Shown here piece after piece: positions 8,191 to 19,813 of a stretch of DNA of 64,000 bases. The DNA is from Escherichia coli. Lineage in GTDB: Bacteria; Pseudomonadota; Gammaproteobacteria; Enterobacterales; Enterobacteriaceae. The translations under genes were made by a program, and so were the position numbers. Where the stretch lies: assembly GCF_003790525.1 (NCBI RefSeq), contig NZ_CP033635.1, one strand, 5' to 3'. Every line of letters begins with the position of its first letter. Within the stretch, counting starts at the first letter, position 1. The notes below the pieces were generated by a model, which did no database searches, was not told the origin of the DNA, and saw nothing but the letters and a program-made list of their open reading frames with translations.

Positions 8191-9648
8191 ATGAAAACAC
8201 CCTCACAGCCGCGCGCGATATACTATATCGTGGCGATCCAAATCTGGGAGTACTTCAGTTTTTACGGCATGCGTGCCTTACTCATTCTCTATCTCACCCA
8301 TCAGCTTGGTTTTGATGATAACCATGCCATCAGCCTGTTCAGCGCATATGCTTCTCTGGTTTACGTTACCCCTATTCTCGGCGGCTGGCTTGCCGACCGC
8401 CTGCTCGGCAACCGCACTGCAGTGATTGCCGGCGCGCTGTTAATGACCCTTGGCCATGTGGTGCTGGGCATTGATACAAATTCAACCTTTAGCCTGTATC
8501 TGGCGCTGGCAATCATTATTTGTGGCTACGGTTTATTCAAATCAAACATCAGCTGTTTGCTTGGCGAGCTCTACGACGAGAACGATCATCGACGTGATGG
8601 CGGTTTTTCGCTGCTGTATGCTGCGGGCAATATCGGTTCTATCGCAGCCCCCATCGCCTGCGGCCTGGCTGCTCAGTGGTATGGATGGCATGTTGGCTTT
8701 GCCCTTGCGGGAGGCGGCATGTTTATCGGTTTGTTGATTTTCTTAAGTGGTCATCGTCATTTCCAGTCCACGCGTAGTATGGATAAAAAAGCGCTCACTA
8801 GCGTCAAATTTGCCTTACCAGTATGGACCTGGTTAGTGGTGATGCTCTGTTTAGCCCCAGTATTTTTTACCCTGCTGCTGGAGAACGACTGGTCCGGATA
8901 TTTGCTGGCGATCGTTTGCCTCATTGCCGCACAAATCATTGCCCGCATGATGATCAAATTCCCCGAACACCGCCGTGCTCTTTGGCAAATTGTATTGTTG
9001 ATGTTTGTCGGGACGTTGTTCTGGGTACTGGCACAACAGGGCGGCAGTACCATCAGCTTGTTTATCGATCGCTTTGTGAATCGTCAGGCATTCAATATTG
9101 AAGTACCTACAGCACTATTCCAGTCGGTGAATGCTATTGCGGTGATGCTCGCTGGGGTTGTTCTGGCCTGGCTGGCGTCGCCAGAAAGCCGCGGCAATTC
9201 AGCATTGCGCGTCTGGCTGAAGTTTGCCTTTGGCTTACTGCTGATGGCTTGTGGCTTTATGTTGCTGGCATTTGATGCCCGACATGCAGCGGCTGGCGGT
9301 CAAGCGTCAATGGGCGTGATGATATCCGGGCTGGCGCTAATGGGCTTTGCTGAACTCTTTATTGACCCAGTGGCGATTGCGCAAATCACGCGTCTGAAAA
9401 TGTCTGGCGTATTAACCGGTATTTATATGCTGGCAACAGGCGCGGTCGCCAACTGGCTGGCAGGCGTCGTGGCACAGCAGACGACAGAGTCGCAAATTAG
9501 CGGTATGGCAATTGCCGCTTACCAGCGATTCTTTTCTCAGATGGGAGAGTGGACGTTGGCTTGTGTCGCGATCATCGTGGTATTGGCCTTTGCTACCCGT
9601 TTTCTGTTTAGCACGCCGACGAATATGATACAGGAGAGCAACGATTAA
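8191..9648 (+). CDS. dtpC: Proton-dependent dipeptide/tripeptide permease (POT family)
   Basis: 485-aa MFS/POT transporter; matches E. coli DtpC (YjdL) in sequence and position. Confidence 0.92.
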   Translation: MKTPSQPRAIYYIVAIQIWEYFSFYGMRALLILYLTHQLGFDDNHAISLFSAYASLVYVTPILGGWLADRLLGNRTAVIAGALLMTLGHVVLGIDTNSTFSLYLALAIIICGYGLFKSNISCLLGELYDENDHRRDGGFSLLYAAGNIGSIAAPIACGLAAQWYGWHVGFALAGGGMFIGLLIFLSGHRHFQSTRSMDKKALTSVKFALPVWTWLVVMLCLAPVFFTLLLENDWSGYLLAIVCLIAAQIIARMMIKFPEHRRALWQIVLLMFVGTLFWVLAQQGGSTISLFIDRFVNRQAFNIEVPTALFQSVNAIAVMLAGVVLAWLASPESRGNSALRVWLKFAFGLLLMACGFMLLAFDARHAAAGGQASMGVMISGLALMGFAELFIDPVAIAQITRLKMSGVLTGIYMLATGAVANWLAGVVAQQTTESQISGMAIAAYQRFFSQMGEWTLACVAIIVVLAFATRFLFSTPTNMIQESND

Positions 9649-9884
9649 CTGTCGTAAAAACAATTGGTTATGAATAAATTAACTTTCAGTTTATCACACT
9701 AGTAAATCGAGATTAATAAGTCATTTAAACCATTTTTATGGTTATTTATTAGTGATATCAACTTGAGGTAAGCGTTAGTTTCGATAAGATAAACTGAGTT
9801 ATTAATAGTCGAGGCAGATAATACAGTGTACCGATCTGTCTCTTTATCTACGCTAAATTGAAAGCTGGATTTAGAGGAACCAAA

Positions 9885-11402
9885 ATGTCTGAACGAGAAA
9901 CACGGGGAGCCAATGAGGCTATTGATTTTAACGATGAACTGAGAAATCGCCGCGAAAAACTGGCGGCACTACGTCAGCAAGGTGTGGCGTTTCCCAATGA
10001 TTTTCGCCGCGACCATACCTCTGACCAGTTGCACGACGAGTTTGATGCGAAGGATAACCAGGAACTGGAATCCTTAAACATTGAAGTCTCGGTTGCTGGC
10101 CGAATGATGACCCGTCGTATTATGGGGAAAGCCTCCTTTGTAACGTTGCAGGATGTCGGTGGCCGTATTCAACTGTACGTTGCAAGAGATAGCCTGCCAG
10201 AAGGTGTTTATAACGATCAGTTTAAAAAATGGGATCTGGGTGACATTATCGGTGCCCGCGGTACGCTGTTTAAGACGCAAACGGGTGAGCTTTCCATTCA
10301 CTGTACTGAGCTGCGCCTGCTGACTAAAGCACTACGTCCTTTACCAGATAAATTCCATGGTCTGCAGGATCAGGAAGTCCGTTATCGTCAACGTTATCTG
10401 GACCTCATCGCTAACGATAAATCCCGTCAAACGTTTGTTGTCCGTTCAAAAATTCTGGCCGCTATCCGTCAGTTCATGGTCGCGCGCGGCTTTATGGAAG
10501 TAGAAACCCCGATGATGCAGGTAATTCCAGGTGGGGCATCTGCTCGCCCGTTTATTACCCATCATAACGCTCTGGATTTAGATATGTACCTGCGTATCGC
10601 GCCGGAGCTGTATCTGAAACGTCTGGTTGTAGGCGGTTTTGAACGGGTATTCGAAATCAACCGTAACTTCCGTAATGAAGGTATTTCTGTTCGCCATAAT
10701 CCTGAGTTCACAATGATGGAACTCTACATGGCATATGCGGATTACCATGATTTGATTGAACTGACGGAGTCACTGTTCCGCACCCTGGCACAAGAGGTAC
10801 TGGGTACCACTAAAGTCACTTATGGCGAGCATGTGTTTGATTTCGGCAAACCGTTTGAAAAACTCACCATGCGCGAAGCAATCAAAAAATATCGTCCAGA
10901 AACCGATATGGCGGATCTGGATAATTTTGATGCTGCTAAAGCATTAGCTGAATCTATCGGAATTACGGTAGAGAAAAGCTGGGGGCTGGGACGTATTGTC
11001 ACAGAGATCTTTGATGAAGTGGCAGAAGCACATCTGATTCAGCCAACCTTTATTACGGAATATCCGGCAGAAGTGTCCCCGCTGGCGCGCCGTAATGATG
11101 TTAACCCGGAAATCACCGACCGTTTTGAATTCTTCATCGGTGGTCGTGAAATTGGTAATGGTTTTAGCGAATTAAACGACGCAGAAGATCAGGCTGAACG
11201 TTTCCAGGAACAGGTTAACGCTAAAGCTGCAGGTGACGACGAAGCCATGTTCTATGACGAAGATTACGTGACTGCGCTGGAATATGGTCTGCCGCCAACC
11301 GCTGGTCTGGGTATTGGTATCGACCGAATGATTATGCTGTTTACTAACAGCCATACTATTCGCGACGTTATTCTCTTCCCGGCGATGCGCCCACAGAAAT
11401 AA
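9885..11402 (+). CDS. lysU: Lysyl-tRNA synthetase, inducible isoform
   Basis: 505 aa from MSERETRG…; class II aaRS motifs; located next to the cad locus as for lysU. Confidence 0.93.
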   Translation: MSERETRGANEAIDFNDELRNRREKLAALRQQGVAFPNDFRRDHTSDQLHDEFDAKDNQELESLNIEVSVAGRMMTRRIMGKASFVTLQDVGGRIQLYVARDSLPEGVYNDQFKKWDLGDIIGARGTLFKTQTGELSIHCTELRLLTKALRPLPDKFHGLQDQEVRYRQRYLDLIANDKSRQTFVVRSKILAAIRQFMVARGFMEVETPMMQVIPGGASARPFITHHNALDLDMYLRIAPELYLKRLVVGGFERVFEINRNFRNEGISVRHNPEFTMMELYMAYADYHDLIELTESLFRTLAQEVLGTTKVTYGEHVFDFGKPFEKLTMREAIKKYRPETDMADLDNFDAAKALAESIGITVEKSWGLGRIVTEIFDEVAEAHLIQPTFITEYPAEVSPLARRNDVNPEITDRFEFFIGGREIGNGFSELNDAEDQAERFQEQVNAKAAGDDEAMFYDEDYVTALEYGLPPTAGLGIGIDRMIMLFTNSHTIRDVILFPAMRPQK

Positions 11403-11415
11403 ATTTCACTTAAAT

Positions 11416-11445
11416 GAACGAAGCAGTCAGGCGACTGCTTCGTTC
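11416..11445. terminator. Hairpin between convergent lysU and ghoT (possible bidirectional terminator)
   Basis: 13-bp stem gaacgaagcagtc / gactgcttcgttc with 4-nt loop; no clear U-tract on the plus strand. Confidence 0.4.
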
Positions 11446-11520
11446 GTCGTTCCGCAAATCCAGTTTTGAGGAGAGACGCTTCGTTTCAAGATAACCAGCG
11501 GGTCCACTCAACTACAACTC

Positions 11521-11694
11521 CTAAAAGAGAGAAAAAAGTAATGCCACAGGTAAACTCATTGGCCAGGTTATTCCGACCAGGAATGCGCTAAGTAAACGAA
11601 TATGTGTTTTCTCATGTGAGATAAACCAGATAATGACAAAGGATATGTTCACACCAATCACATAAAAAATTAATATTTTAGAGAATAGTGCCAT
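11521..11694 (-). CDS. ghoT: Type V toxin GhoT, small membrane-lytic peptide (57 aa)
   Basis: Below the ORF-track size cut-off; the reverse complement reads MALFSKILIFYVIGVNISFVIIWFISHEKTHIRLLSAFLVGITWPMSLPVALLFSLF*, matching GhoT as I recall it. Confidence 0.85.
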   Translation of the reverse strand: MALFSKILIFYVIGVNISFVIIWFISHEKTHIRLLSAFLVGITWPMSLPVALLFSLF

Positions 11695-11721
11695 TTTTTA
11701 TGTTCTTCTTATCCTTCCTGG

Positions 11722-12018
11722 CTACTTGTAAAACTGACGGAAATAGTCATCAACGGTCATAATGTTGAGGTCAAAATCAATATCCGGTAAGTCTAAGCAT
11801 TTAAGCCTGATTAAATCTTCGATTTCACTTGCGGCTAACGATGTCGTTATTGCGAAGGAATTTTCATTCAATTGTCGTGGTATCCCATATTCATCAGCCA
11901 CGATAGAGGAGAAATTCATATCATACATCAATGATCTTAACCTTAAGAACACTGAGGAATAAGATGATGGATAATCAAAAGAAACAACATAAGTATTGAA
12001 CTTGTTTTTACCTTCCAT
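11722..12018 (-). CDS. ghoS: Type V antitoxin GhoS (sequence-specific endoribonuclease)
   Basis: 98 aa from MEGKNKFNTYVVSFDYPSSY…; immediately upstream of ghoT on the same strand. Confidence 0.85.
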   Translation of the reverse strand: MEGKNKFNTYVVSFDYPSSYSSVFLRLRSLMYDMNFSSIVADEYGIPRQLNENSFAITTSLAASEIEDLIRLKCLDLPDIDFDLNIMTVDDYFRQFYK

Positions 12019-12245
12019 AATATGACTCCTATCAATATTGAACACTCTGGGGACGCAAAACTTATTAACCCCGATCGATGATTCTCATATAGGAGATATT
12101 CTTTTTTTTTGCTCAGTAAAGGGGATGACTTGGGACAAAAAAACGCTCTCTCTGACCATTCTTTGTGCATCCCCCTACCCTTCAGATACTCTCCTGCATC
12201 CCCCCGCGGAGAGCATGAAAAATATTGTGACTCTGTACTCTCCCA

Positions 12246-12518
12246 TCAACTGCGAATATCATCATACTCCCGCGTTTTATCAAATTCGTGTTTCGCAAAT
12301 GGGCATAGTGGGATAATTTTTCGTTTTTCCCGACGCATTTTTTCCACGACTTTCGCAACCAGCTGTTTACCAATCCCTTGCCCTTTCAGGCTTTCATCGA
12401 CATCGGTATGTTCGATAATCGCTAAATTCTCTCCGGTCGGCACAAAGACAATTTCAGCGATTTGCTTGCCCTGTTCGTCATTAATGTAAAATTTATTGTG
12501 GCCTTCGCGTATTTCCAT
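12246..12518 (-). CDS. yjdJ: Small GNAT-like acetyltransferase-fold protein
   Basis: 90-aa ORF matching E. coli YjdJ by sequence and position. Confidence 0.8.
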   Translation of the reverse strand: MEIREGHNKFYINDEQGKQIAEIVFVPTGENLAIIEHTDVDESLKGQGIGKQLVAKVVEKMRREKRKIIPLCPFAKHEFDKTREYDDIRS

Positions 12519-12529
12519 TTTACCCTCGC

Positions 12530-12760
12530 TTATTTATGACGGTATTTCAGCGCGCCGCTCGGGCACGTATCAATCACTTTAACCACAGTGGCGACGTCGA
12601 CTTCATCCGGCATGATCCACGGCTTTCGTTTGAGATTAAATAACTTGCCGTTGCCACGTACGCAATTGCCAGAATGCTGACATATCGCAGTGTTAAAATA
12701 GACATCGATATTTTCGCCGGTATAACAGCGATAACCCCCGTCCAGTAGCGCCTGATCCAT
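12530..12760 (-). CDS. yjdI: Small cysteine-rich protein (putative Fe-S/zinc cluster binding)
   Basis: 76-aa ORF with CxxC…C…C pattern; matches E. coli YjdI. Confidence 0.8.
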   Translation of the reverse strand: MDQALLDGGYRCYTGENIDVYFNTAICQHSGNCVRGNGKLFNLKRKPWIMPDEVDVATVVKVIDTCPSGALKYRHK

Positions 12761-12940
12761 GACCTTCCCTCTCTCATCAGTATGGTTTTCACTATAAGCA
12801 TAGCCCCGGAATCTTCATACAGCACTGGCAGTTTCCGTTGCCAGAGTCTCTTCCCCTATATAGCCAATCATTCTTACTCCCTTTGAATTACCCGCCTCAT
12901 CAGAGATAATGCTTAAGAAATTTGTCACACAAGGAAGCTG

Positions 12941-14572
12941 ATGAGACATTCATTGCCCTACCGTATGTTACGCAAACGTCCGATGAAATTGAGTACCACT
13001 GTGATCTTAATGGTCAGCGCGGTACTGTTCTCGGTGCTATTGGTGGTGCATCTGATTTACTTCTCGCAAATCAGTGATATGACGCGAGACGGGCTAGCTA
13101 ACAAGGCACTGGCAGTAGCGCGTACCCTCGCCGACTCGCCGGAAATCCGGCAGGGCTTGCAGAAAAAACCGCAGGAGAGCGGCATCCAGGCCATCGCGGA
13201 AGCCGTGCGCAAACGCAACGATCTGCTATTTATTGTCGTTACCGATATGCAAAGTCTTCGCTACTCGCATCCTGAAGCCCAGCGTATTGGTCAGCCATTT
13301 AAAGGTGATGACATCCTTAAAGCGCTGAATGGCGAAGAAAATGTCGCTATCAATCGCGGTTTTCTGGCGCAGGCTTTACGCGTATTTACCCCCATCTACG
13401 ATGAAAATCATAAACAAATTGGCGTGGTGGCGATCGGCCTTGAGTTAAGTCGCGTGACCCAACAGATCAATGACAGTCGCTGGAGCATCATCTGGTCGGT
13501 ATTATTTGGCATGCTGGTCGGGCTGATTGGCACCTGCATTCTGGTTAAGGTACTGAAAAAAATCCTTTTCGGCCTGGAACCCTACGAAATCTCCACGCTG
13601 TTTGAGCAACGCCAGGCCATGTTGCAGTCTATCAAAGAAGGCGTCGTTGCCGTGGACGATCGCGGCGAAGTCACGCTGATCAACGATGCCGCACAAGAAT
13701 TGCTGAATTACCGTAAGTCGCAGGACGATGAGAAGCTGTCGACGCTAAGCCACGCGTGGTCACAGGTAGTAGATGTCTCGGAAGTGTTACGCGACGGTAC
13801 CCCGCGCCGCGACGAAGAGATTACGATTAAAGACCGGCTATTACTGATCAACACCGTTCCGGTGCGCAGTAATGGCGTTATCATCGGTGCCATTTCAACC
13901 TTCAGGGACAAAACTGAAGTACGTAAACTGATGCAGCGACTCGATGGTCTGGTCAACTATGCTGACGCACTTCGTGAACGATCCCACGAATTTATGAATA
14001 AATTGCACGTGATTCTCGGATTATTGCATCTGAAGAGTTATAAGCAGTTGGAAGATTACATTCTCAAAACAGCCAATAACTATCAGGAAGAGATTGGCTC
14101 TCTGCTGGGTAAGATCAAATCTCCGGTTATCGCTGGTTTTTTAATCAGCAAGATTAACCGCGCGACCGATTTAGGCCATACGCTGATTTTAAACAGTGAA
14201 AGCCAGCTGCCAGACAGCGGTAGTGAGGATCAGGTCGCGACGCTGATTACCACGTTGGGAAATCTGATAGAAAACGCGCTGGAGGCATTAGGGCCGGAAC
14301 CCGGAGGCGAAATTAGCGTAACATTGCACTACCGTCACGGCTGGCTGCACTGTGAAGTTAACGATGATGGACCGGGGATCGCACCCGACAAAATCGATCA
14401 CATTTTTGACAAAGGTGTCTCGACAAAAGGAAGCGAGCGAGGCGTCGGTTTAGCACTTGTCAAACAACAGGTAGAAAATCTCGGCGGCAGCATCGCCGTG
14501 GAATCGGAACCCGGGATTTTCACACAATTTTTTGTCCAGATACCCTGGGACGGGGAGAGGTCGAACAGATGA
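12941..14572 (+). CDS. dcuS: C4-dicarboxylate sensor histidine kinase
   Basis: 543 aa; two transmembrane segments flanking a periplasmic PAS-type sensor domain, cytoplasmic PAS and HisKA/HATPase domains. Confidence 0.95.
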   Translation: MRHSLPYRMLRKRPMKLSTTVILMVSAVLFSVLLVVHLIYFSQISDMTRDGLANKALAVARTLADSPEIRQGLQKKPQESGIQAIAEAVRKRNDLLFIVVTDMQSLRYSHPEAQRIGQPFKGDDILKALNGEENVAINRGFLAQALRVFTPIYDENHKQIGVVAIGLELSRVTQQINDSRWSIIWSVLFGMLVGLIGTCILVKVLKKILFGLEPYEISTLFEQRQAMLQSIKEGVVAVDDRGEVTLINDAAQELLNYRKSQDDEKLSTLSHAWSQVVDVSEVLRDGTPRRDEEITIKDRLLLINTVPVRSNGVIIGAISTFRDKTEVRKLMQRLDGLVNYADALRERSHEFMNKLHVILGLLHLKSYKQLEDYILKTANNYQEEIGSLLGKIKSPVIAGFLISKINRATDLGHTLILNSESQLPDSGSEDQVATLITTLGNLIENALEALGPEPGGEISVTLHYRHGWLHCEVNDDGPGIAPDKIDHIFDKGVSTKGSERGVGLALVKQQVENLGGSIAVESEPGIFTQFFVQIPWDGERSNR

Positions 14573-15288
14573 TCAATGTATTAATTATCGATGACGACGC
14601 AATGGTCGCGGAGCTGAATCGCCGATACGTGGCACAAATCCCGGGCTTTCAATGCTGTGGAACGGCTTCGACGCTGGAGAAAGCCAAAGAGATTATTTTC
14701 AACAGCGACACGCCTATCGACCTGATATTGCTAGATATCTATATGCAAAAAGAGAACGGGCTCGATTTACTGCCTGTCCTGCATAACGCGCGTTGCAAAA
14801 GTGATGTGATTGTCATCTCCTCCGCTGCCGATGCAGCAACCATTAAAGATTCGCTGCATTACGGTGTTGTGGATTACCTGATCAAACCCTTCCAGGCTTC
14901 CCGCTTTGAAGAGGCGCTCACCGGCTGGCGGCAAAAGAAAATGGCGCTGGAAAAACATCAGTATTATGACCAGGCCGAGCTTGATCAGCTAATCCACGGC
15001 AGCAGCTCCAACGAGCAGGATCCTCGTCGCTTGCCAAAAGGCTTAACGCCGCAGACGTTACGCACGCTGTGCCAGTGGATTGACGCGCATCAGGACTATG
15101 AGTTTTCAACCGACGAGCTGGCTAACGAGGTTAACATCTCGCGTGTTTCATGCCGTAAATACCTCATCTGGCTGGTCAACTGCCACATCTTGTTCACCAG
15201 TATCCATTATGGCGTCACGGGGCGTCCGGTTTACCGTTACCGTATTCAGGCAGAACACTACTCACTGCTGAAACAATATTGCCAATAA
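14569..15288 (+). CDS. dcuR: Response regulator of DcuS (CitB family)
   Basis: 239 aa; receiver domain plus C-terminal HTH domain; 4-bp overlap with dcuS. Confidence 0.95.
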   Translation: MINVLIIDDDAMVAELNRRYVAQIPGFQCCGTASTLEKAKEIIFNSDTPIDLILLDIYMQKENGLDLLPVLHNARCKSDVIVISSAADAATIKDSLHYGVVDYLIKPFQASRFEEALTGWRQKKMALEKHQYYDQAELDQLIHGSSSNEQDPRRLPKGLTPQTLRTLCQWIDAHQDYEFSTDELANEVNISRVSCRKYLIWLVNCHILFTSIHYGVTGRPVYRYRIQAEHYSLLKQYCQ

Positions 15289-15858
15289 CGGATCGCTGGT
15301 TATCTGTAAGTAATAATTATTACCGTAATGCAAAATATCCCTGGCACAAGTTACATCGTTCATCAGTAAAACTTGTGCCAGATCAAATATAATTATCCCT
15401 CCATCATCGTTAAAAATTAATATCTCTTCAGATGAACGGTGTTTTTAATTTCAAAACGCTAACAAAAGTTAATTAACTATTATGTCACCCACATTATGTG
15501 TATTTTTACCCACAAATGGGTAGATCAGATTAATCTATAAACCTAATGATATCTGCCCTGAGAACAAAAAACAGACCGATAAATATCAATAAGATAACAG
15601 CAAACAAAACATTAACATCTGCGCTGTACAAACTATAAACCCATCGCCAGAGAGTCTTTCTCTCTGAAAAAGCCGCTTATCACAGTGCATAAATTTGCCG
15701 CTGCTTTAATCAGCCAATATTCACTGTGAGGTATTTGCTCAAGCCGGTAACGACCAAACGGATATTTAGTCAGGCTCTGAAAACAGTTCATACAAAACAG
15801 AACGTGACTGTGATCTATTCAGCAAAAATTTAAATAGGATTATCGCGAGGGTTCACAC

Positions 15859-17199
15859 ATGTTATTTACTATCCAACTTATCATAATACTGATATGTCTG
15901 TTTTATGGTGCCAGAAAGGGGGGTATCGCGCTGGGTTTATTAGGCGGTATCGGTCTGGTCATTCTGGTCTTCGTCTTCCACCTTCAGCCAGGTAAACCAC
16001 CGGTTGATGTCATGCTGGTTATCATTGCGGTGGTGGCAGCATCGGCGACCTTGCAAGCTTCGGGCGGTCTTGATGTCATGCTGCAAATTGCCGAGAAGCT
16101 GCTGCGCCGCAACCCGAAATATGTCTCAATTGTCGCGCCGTTTGTGACCTGTACGCTGACCATTCTTTGCGGTACGGGTCATGTGGTTTACACCATTCTG
16201 CCGATCATCTACGACGTTGCTATTAAGAACAACATCCGTCCGGAACGTCCGATGGCGGCAAGTTCTATCGGTGCACAGATGGGGATTATCGCCAGTCCGG
16301 TGTCGGTTGCGGTCGTATCTTTGGTTGCGATGCTGGGTAATGTCACCTTTGATGGTCGCCATCTTGAGTTCCTCGACCTGCTGGCAATCACCATTCCATC
16401 GACGTTAATCGGTATCCTGGCGATCGGTATCTTCAGTTGGTTCCGCGGTAAAGATCTGGATAAAGACGAAGAGTTCCAGAAATTCATCTCCGTACCGGAA
16501 AACCGTGAGTATGTTTACGGTGATACCGCGACGCTGCTCGATAAAAAACTGCCGAAAAGCAACTGGCTGGCAATGTGGATCTTCCTCGGGGCAATCGCTG
16601 TAGTCGCCCTTCTTGGTGCTGATTCGGACCTGCGTCCATCCTTCGGCGGCAAACCGCTGTCGATGGTACTGGTTATTCAGATGTTTATGCTGCTGACCGG
16701 GGCGCTGATTATTATCCTGACCAAAACCAATCCCGCGTCTATCTCAAAAAACGAAGTCTTCCGTTCCGGTATGATCGCCATCGTGGCGGTGTACGGTATC
16801 GCATGGATGGCTGAAACCATGTTCGGTGCGCATATGTCTGAAATTCAGGGCGTACTGGGTGAAATGGTGAAAGAGTATCCGTGGGCCTATGCCATTGTTC
16901 TGCTGCTGGTTTCCAAGTTTGTAAACTCTCAGGCTGCGGCGCTGGCGGCGATTGTTCCGGTCGCGCTGGCGATCGGCGTTGATCCGGCATACATCGTGGC
17001 TTCAGCACCGGCTTGCTACGGTTATTACATCCTGCCGACTTATCCGAGCGATCTGGCAGCGATTCAGTTTGACCGTTCCGGCACCACCCACATCGGTCGC
17101 TTCGTCATCAACCACAGCTTTATTCTGCCGGGGTTGATTGGTGTGAGCGTATCGTGCGTCTTCGGCTGGATCTTCGCCGCGATGTACGGGTTCTTATAA
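15859..17199 (+). CDS. dcuB: Anaerobic C4-dicarboxylate antiporter
   Basis: 446-aa polytopic Dcu-family transporter. Confidence 0.95.
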
Positions 17200-17276
17200 A
17201 TGCACTTTGCGTGCCGCCCGTGACTACGCGGCACGCCATTTTCGAATAACAAATACAGAGTTACAGGCTGGAAGCT

Positions 17277-18923
17277 ATGTCAAACAAACCCTTTATCTAC
17301 CAGGCACCTTTCCCGATGGGGAAAGACAATACCGAATACTATCTACTCACTTCCGATTACGTTAGCGTTGCCGACTTCGACGGTGAAACCATCCTGAAAG
17401 TGGAACCAGAAGCCCTGACTCTGCTGGCGCAGCAAGCCTTTCACGATGCTTCTTTCATGCTCCGCCCGGCACACCAGAAACAGGTTGCGGCTATTCTTCA
17501 CGATCCAGAAGCCAGCGAAAACGACAAGTACGTGGCGCTGCAATTCTTAAGAAACTCCGAAATCGCCGCCAAAGGCGTGCTGCCGACCTGCCAGGATACC
17601 GGCACCGCGATCATCGTCGGTAAAAAAGGTCAGCGCGTGTGGACCGGTGGCGGTGATGAAGAAGCGCTGTCGAAAGGCGTCTATAACACCTATATCGAAG
17701 ATAACCTGCGCTATTCACAGAACGCACCGCTGGACATGTATAAAGAGGTCAACACCGGCACGAACCTGCCTGCGCAAATCGACCTGTACGCGGTAGATGG
17801 CGATGAGTACAAATTCCTCTGTGTCTCTAAAGGCGGCGGCTCTGCCAACAAAACGTATCTCTACCAGGAAACCAAAGCCCTGCTGACGCCCGGCAAACTG
17901 AAAAACTTCCTCGTCGAGAAAATGCGTACCCTCGGTACTGCAGCCTGCCCGCCGTACCATATCGCGTTTGTGATTGGCGGTACGTCTGCGGAAACCAACC
18001 TGAAAACCGTCAAGTTAGCAAGCGCTCACTATTACGATGAACTGCCGACGGAAGGGAACGAACATGGTCAGGCGTTCCGCGATATCCAGCTGGAACAGGA
18101 ACTGCTGGAAGAGGCCCAGAAACTCGGTCTTGGCGCGCAGTTTGGCGGTAAATACTTCGCGCACGACATCCGCGTTATCCGTCTGCCACGTCACGGCGCA
18201 TCCTGCCCGGTAGGCATGGGCGTCTCCTGCTCCGCTGACCGTAACATTAAAGCGAAAATCAACCGCGAAGGTATCTGGATCGAAAAACTGGAACACAATC
18301 CAGGCCAGTACATTCCGGAAGAACTGCGCAAGGCCGGTGAAGGCGAAGCGGTGAAAGTTGACCTTAACCGCCCGATGAAAGAGATCCTCGCCCAGCTTTC
18401 GCAATACCCGGTATCCACCCGCTTGTCGCTCACCGGCACCATTATCGTGGGTCGCGATATTGCACACGCCAAGCTGAAAGAGCTGATTGACGCCGGTAAA
18501 GAACTGCCGCAGTACATCAAAGATCACCCGATCTACTACGCGGGTCCGGCGAAAACCCCTGCCGGTTATCCATCAGGTTCACTTGGCCCAACCACCGCAG
18601 GTCGTATGGACTCCTACGTGGATCTGCTGCAATCCCACGGCGGCAGCATGATCATGCTGGCGAAAGGTAACCGCAGTCAGCAGGTTACTGACGCGTGCCA
18701 TAAACACGGCGGCTTCTACCTCGGTAGCATCGGCGGTCCGGCGGCGGTACTGGCGCAGCAGAGCATCAAGCATTTGGAATGCGTCGCTTATCCGGAGCTG
18801 GGTATGGAAGCTATCTGGAAAATCGAAGTAGAAGATTTCCCGGCGTTTATCCTGGTCGATGACAAAGGTAACGACTTCTTCCAGCAAATCGTCAACAAAC
18901 AGTGCGCGAACTGCACTAAGTAA
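17277..18923 (+). CDS. fumB: Class I fumarate hydratase (anaerobic, Fe-S dependent)
   Basis: 548 aa; located downstream of dcuB as in the dcuB-fumB operon. Confidence 0.95.
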   Translation: MSNKPFIYQAPFPMGKDNTEYYLLTSDYVSVADFDGETILKVEPEALTLLAQQAFHDASFMLRPAHQKQVAAILHDPEASENDKYVALQFLRNSEIAAKGVLPTCQDTGTAIIVGKKGQRVWTGGGDEEALSKGVYNTYIEDNLRYSQNAPLDMYKEVNTGTNLPAQIDLYAVDGDEYKFLCVSKGGGSANKTYLYQETKALLTPGKLKNFLVEKMRTLGTAACPPYHIAFVIGGTSAETNLKTVKLASAHYYDELPTEGNEHGQAFRDIQLEQELLEEAQKLGLGAQFGGKYFAHDIRVIRLPRHGASCPVGMGVSCSADRNIKAKINREGIWIEKLEHNPGQYIPEELRKAGEGEAVKVDLNRPMKEILAQLSQYPVSTRLSLTGTIIVGRDIAHAKLKELIDAGKELPQYIKDHPIYYAGPAKTPAGYPSGSLGPTTAGRMDSYVDLLQSHGGSMIMLAKGNRSQQVTDACHKHGGFYLGSIGGPAAVLAQQSIKHLECVAYPELGMEAIWKIEVEDFPAFILVDDKGNDFFQQIVNKQCANCTK

Positions 18924-18939
18924 CCTCTTCGGCCCAGCG

Positions 18940-18959
18940 CCTGGCAGCATGCTGCCAGG
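18940..18959. terminator. Perfect 20-bp palindrome downstream of fumB (putative terminator hairpin)
   Basis: cctggcagcatgctgccagg is its own reverse complement; a weak T-run follows further downstream. Confidence 0.35.
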
Positions 18960-19045
18960 TGATCCCCCTGGGCCACCTCTTTTGCGATTGTAATTTCACG
19001 CTTACTGGTCAATAGTCAGTATTTTCCCTGACTTGCGAACTCACC

Positions 19046-19675
19046 ATGACCCGCACACTCAAGCCGTTAATTCTTAACACCGGCGCACTGGCGCTAACGT
19101 TAATCCTGATTTATACCGGCATTTCGGCCCATGACAAACTCACCTGGCTGATGGAAGTGACACCGGTGATTATTGTCGTGCCGCTACTGCTTGCCACCGC
19201 TAAACGTTATCCGTTAACGCCGCTGCTCTATACGCTCATTTTCTTTCACGCCATCATCCTGATGGTCGGCGGGCAATACACCTACGCGAAAGTCCCCGTT
19301 GGTTTTGAGGTGCAGGAATGGCTGGGGTTGAGCCGTAATCCGTATGACAAGCTGGGGCATTTTTTCCAGGGGCTGGTGCCTGCACTGGTGGCGCGAGAAA
19401 TTCTCGTTCGCGGGATGTACGTTCGCGGACGTAAGATGGTGGCGTTTCTGGTCTGCTGCGTGGCGCTGGCGATAAGCGCGATGTATGAGTTAATCGAGTG
19501 GTGGGCAGCGCTGGCAATGGGCCAGGGAGCGGATGATTTTCTCGGCACCCAGGGCGACCAATGGGACACGCAATCCGATATGTTCTGCGCGCTGCTTGGC
19601 GCATTAACGACGGTGACACTCCTCGCCGGAACACACTGTCGCCAACTACGGCGCTATGGTTTGATAACCGGATAA
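19046..19675 (+). CDS. yjdF: Inner-membrane protein YjdF (DUF2238)
   Basis: 209-aa hydrophobic ORF matching E. coli YjdF. Confidence 0.88.
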   Translation: MTRTLKPLILNTGALALTLILIYTGISAHDKLTWLMEVTPVIIVVPLLLATAKRYPLTPLLYTLIFFHAIILMVGGQYTYAKVPVGFEVQEWLGLSRNPYDKLGHFFQGLVPALVAREILVRGMYVRGRKMVAFLVCCVALAISAMYELIEWWAALAMGQGADDFLGTQGDQWDTQSDMFCALLGALTTVTLLAGTHCRQLRRYGLITG

Positions 19676-19691
19676 CAACGTGCGCTTTGTT

Positions 19692-19729
19692 GATGCCGGA
19701 TGCGGCGTGAATTCCTTATCCGGTCTACA
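19692..19729. repeat. REP (repetitive extragenic palindromic) element
   Basis: gatgccggatgcggcgtgaattccttatccggtctaca shows the canonical REP palindrome. Confidence 0.75.
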
Positions 19730-19763
19730 AAATTTGCAAATCCAAAGCATTGTATTAAGAAGT

Positions 19764-19796
19764 GGCCTGATAAACATAACACATCAGGCCATTTTC
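19764..19796. terminator. Hairpin between convergent yjdF and melB
   Basis: Stem ggcctgat / atcaggcc with 11-nt loop, then attttc. Confidence 0.5.
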
Positions 19797-19813
19797 GTTA
19801 GCTATTGTCCACG

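Noticed and set aside
12038-12489. Plus-strand ORFs of 92 and 126 aa overlapping yjdJ and the ghoS upstream region
   Set aside because: They overlap the recognised minus-strand genes yjdJ and ghoS and have no ribosome-binding site.
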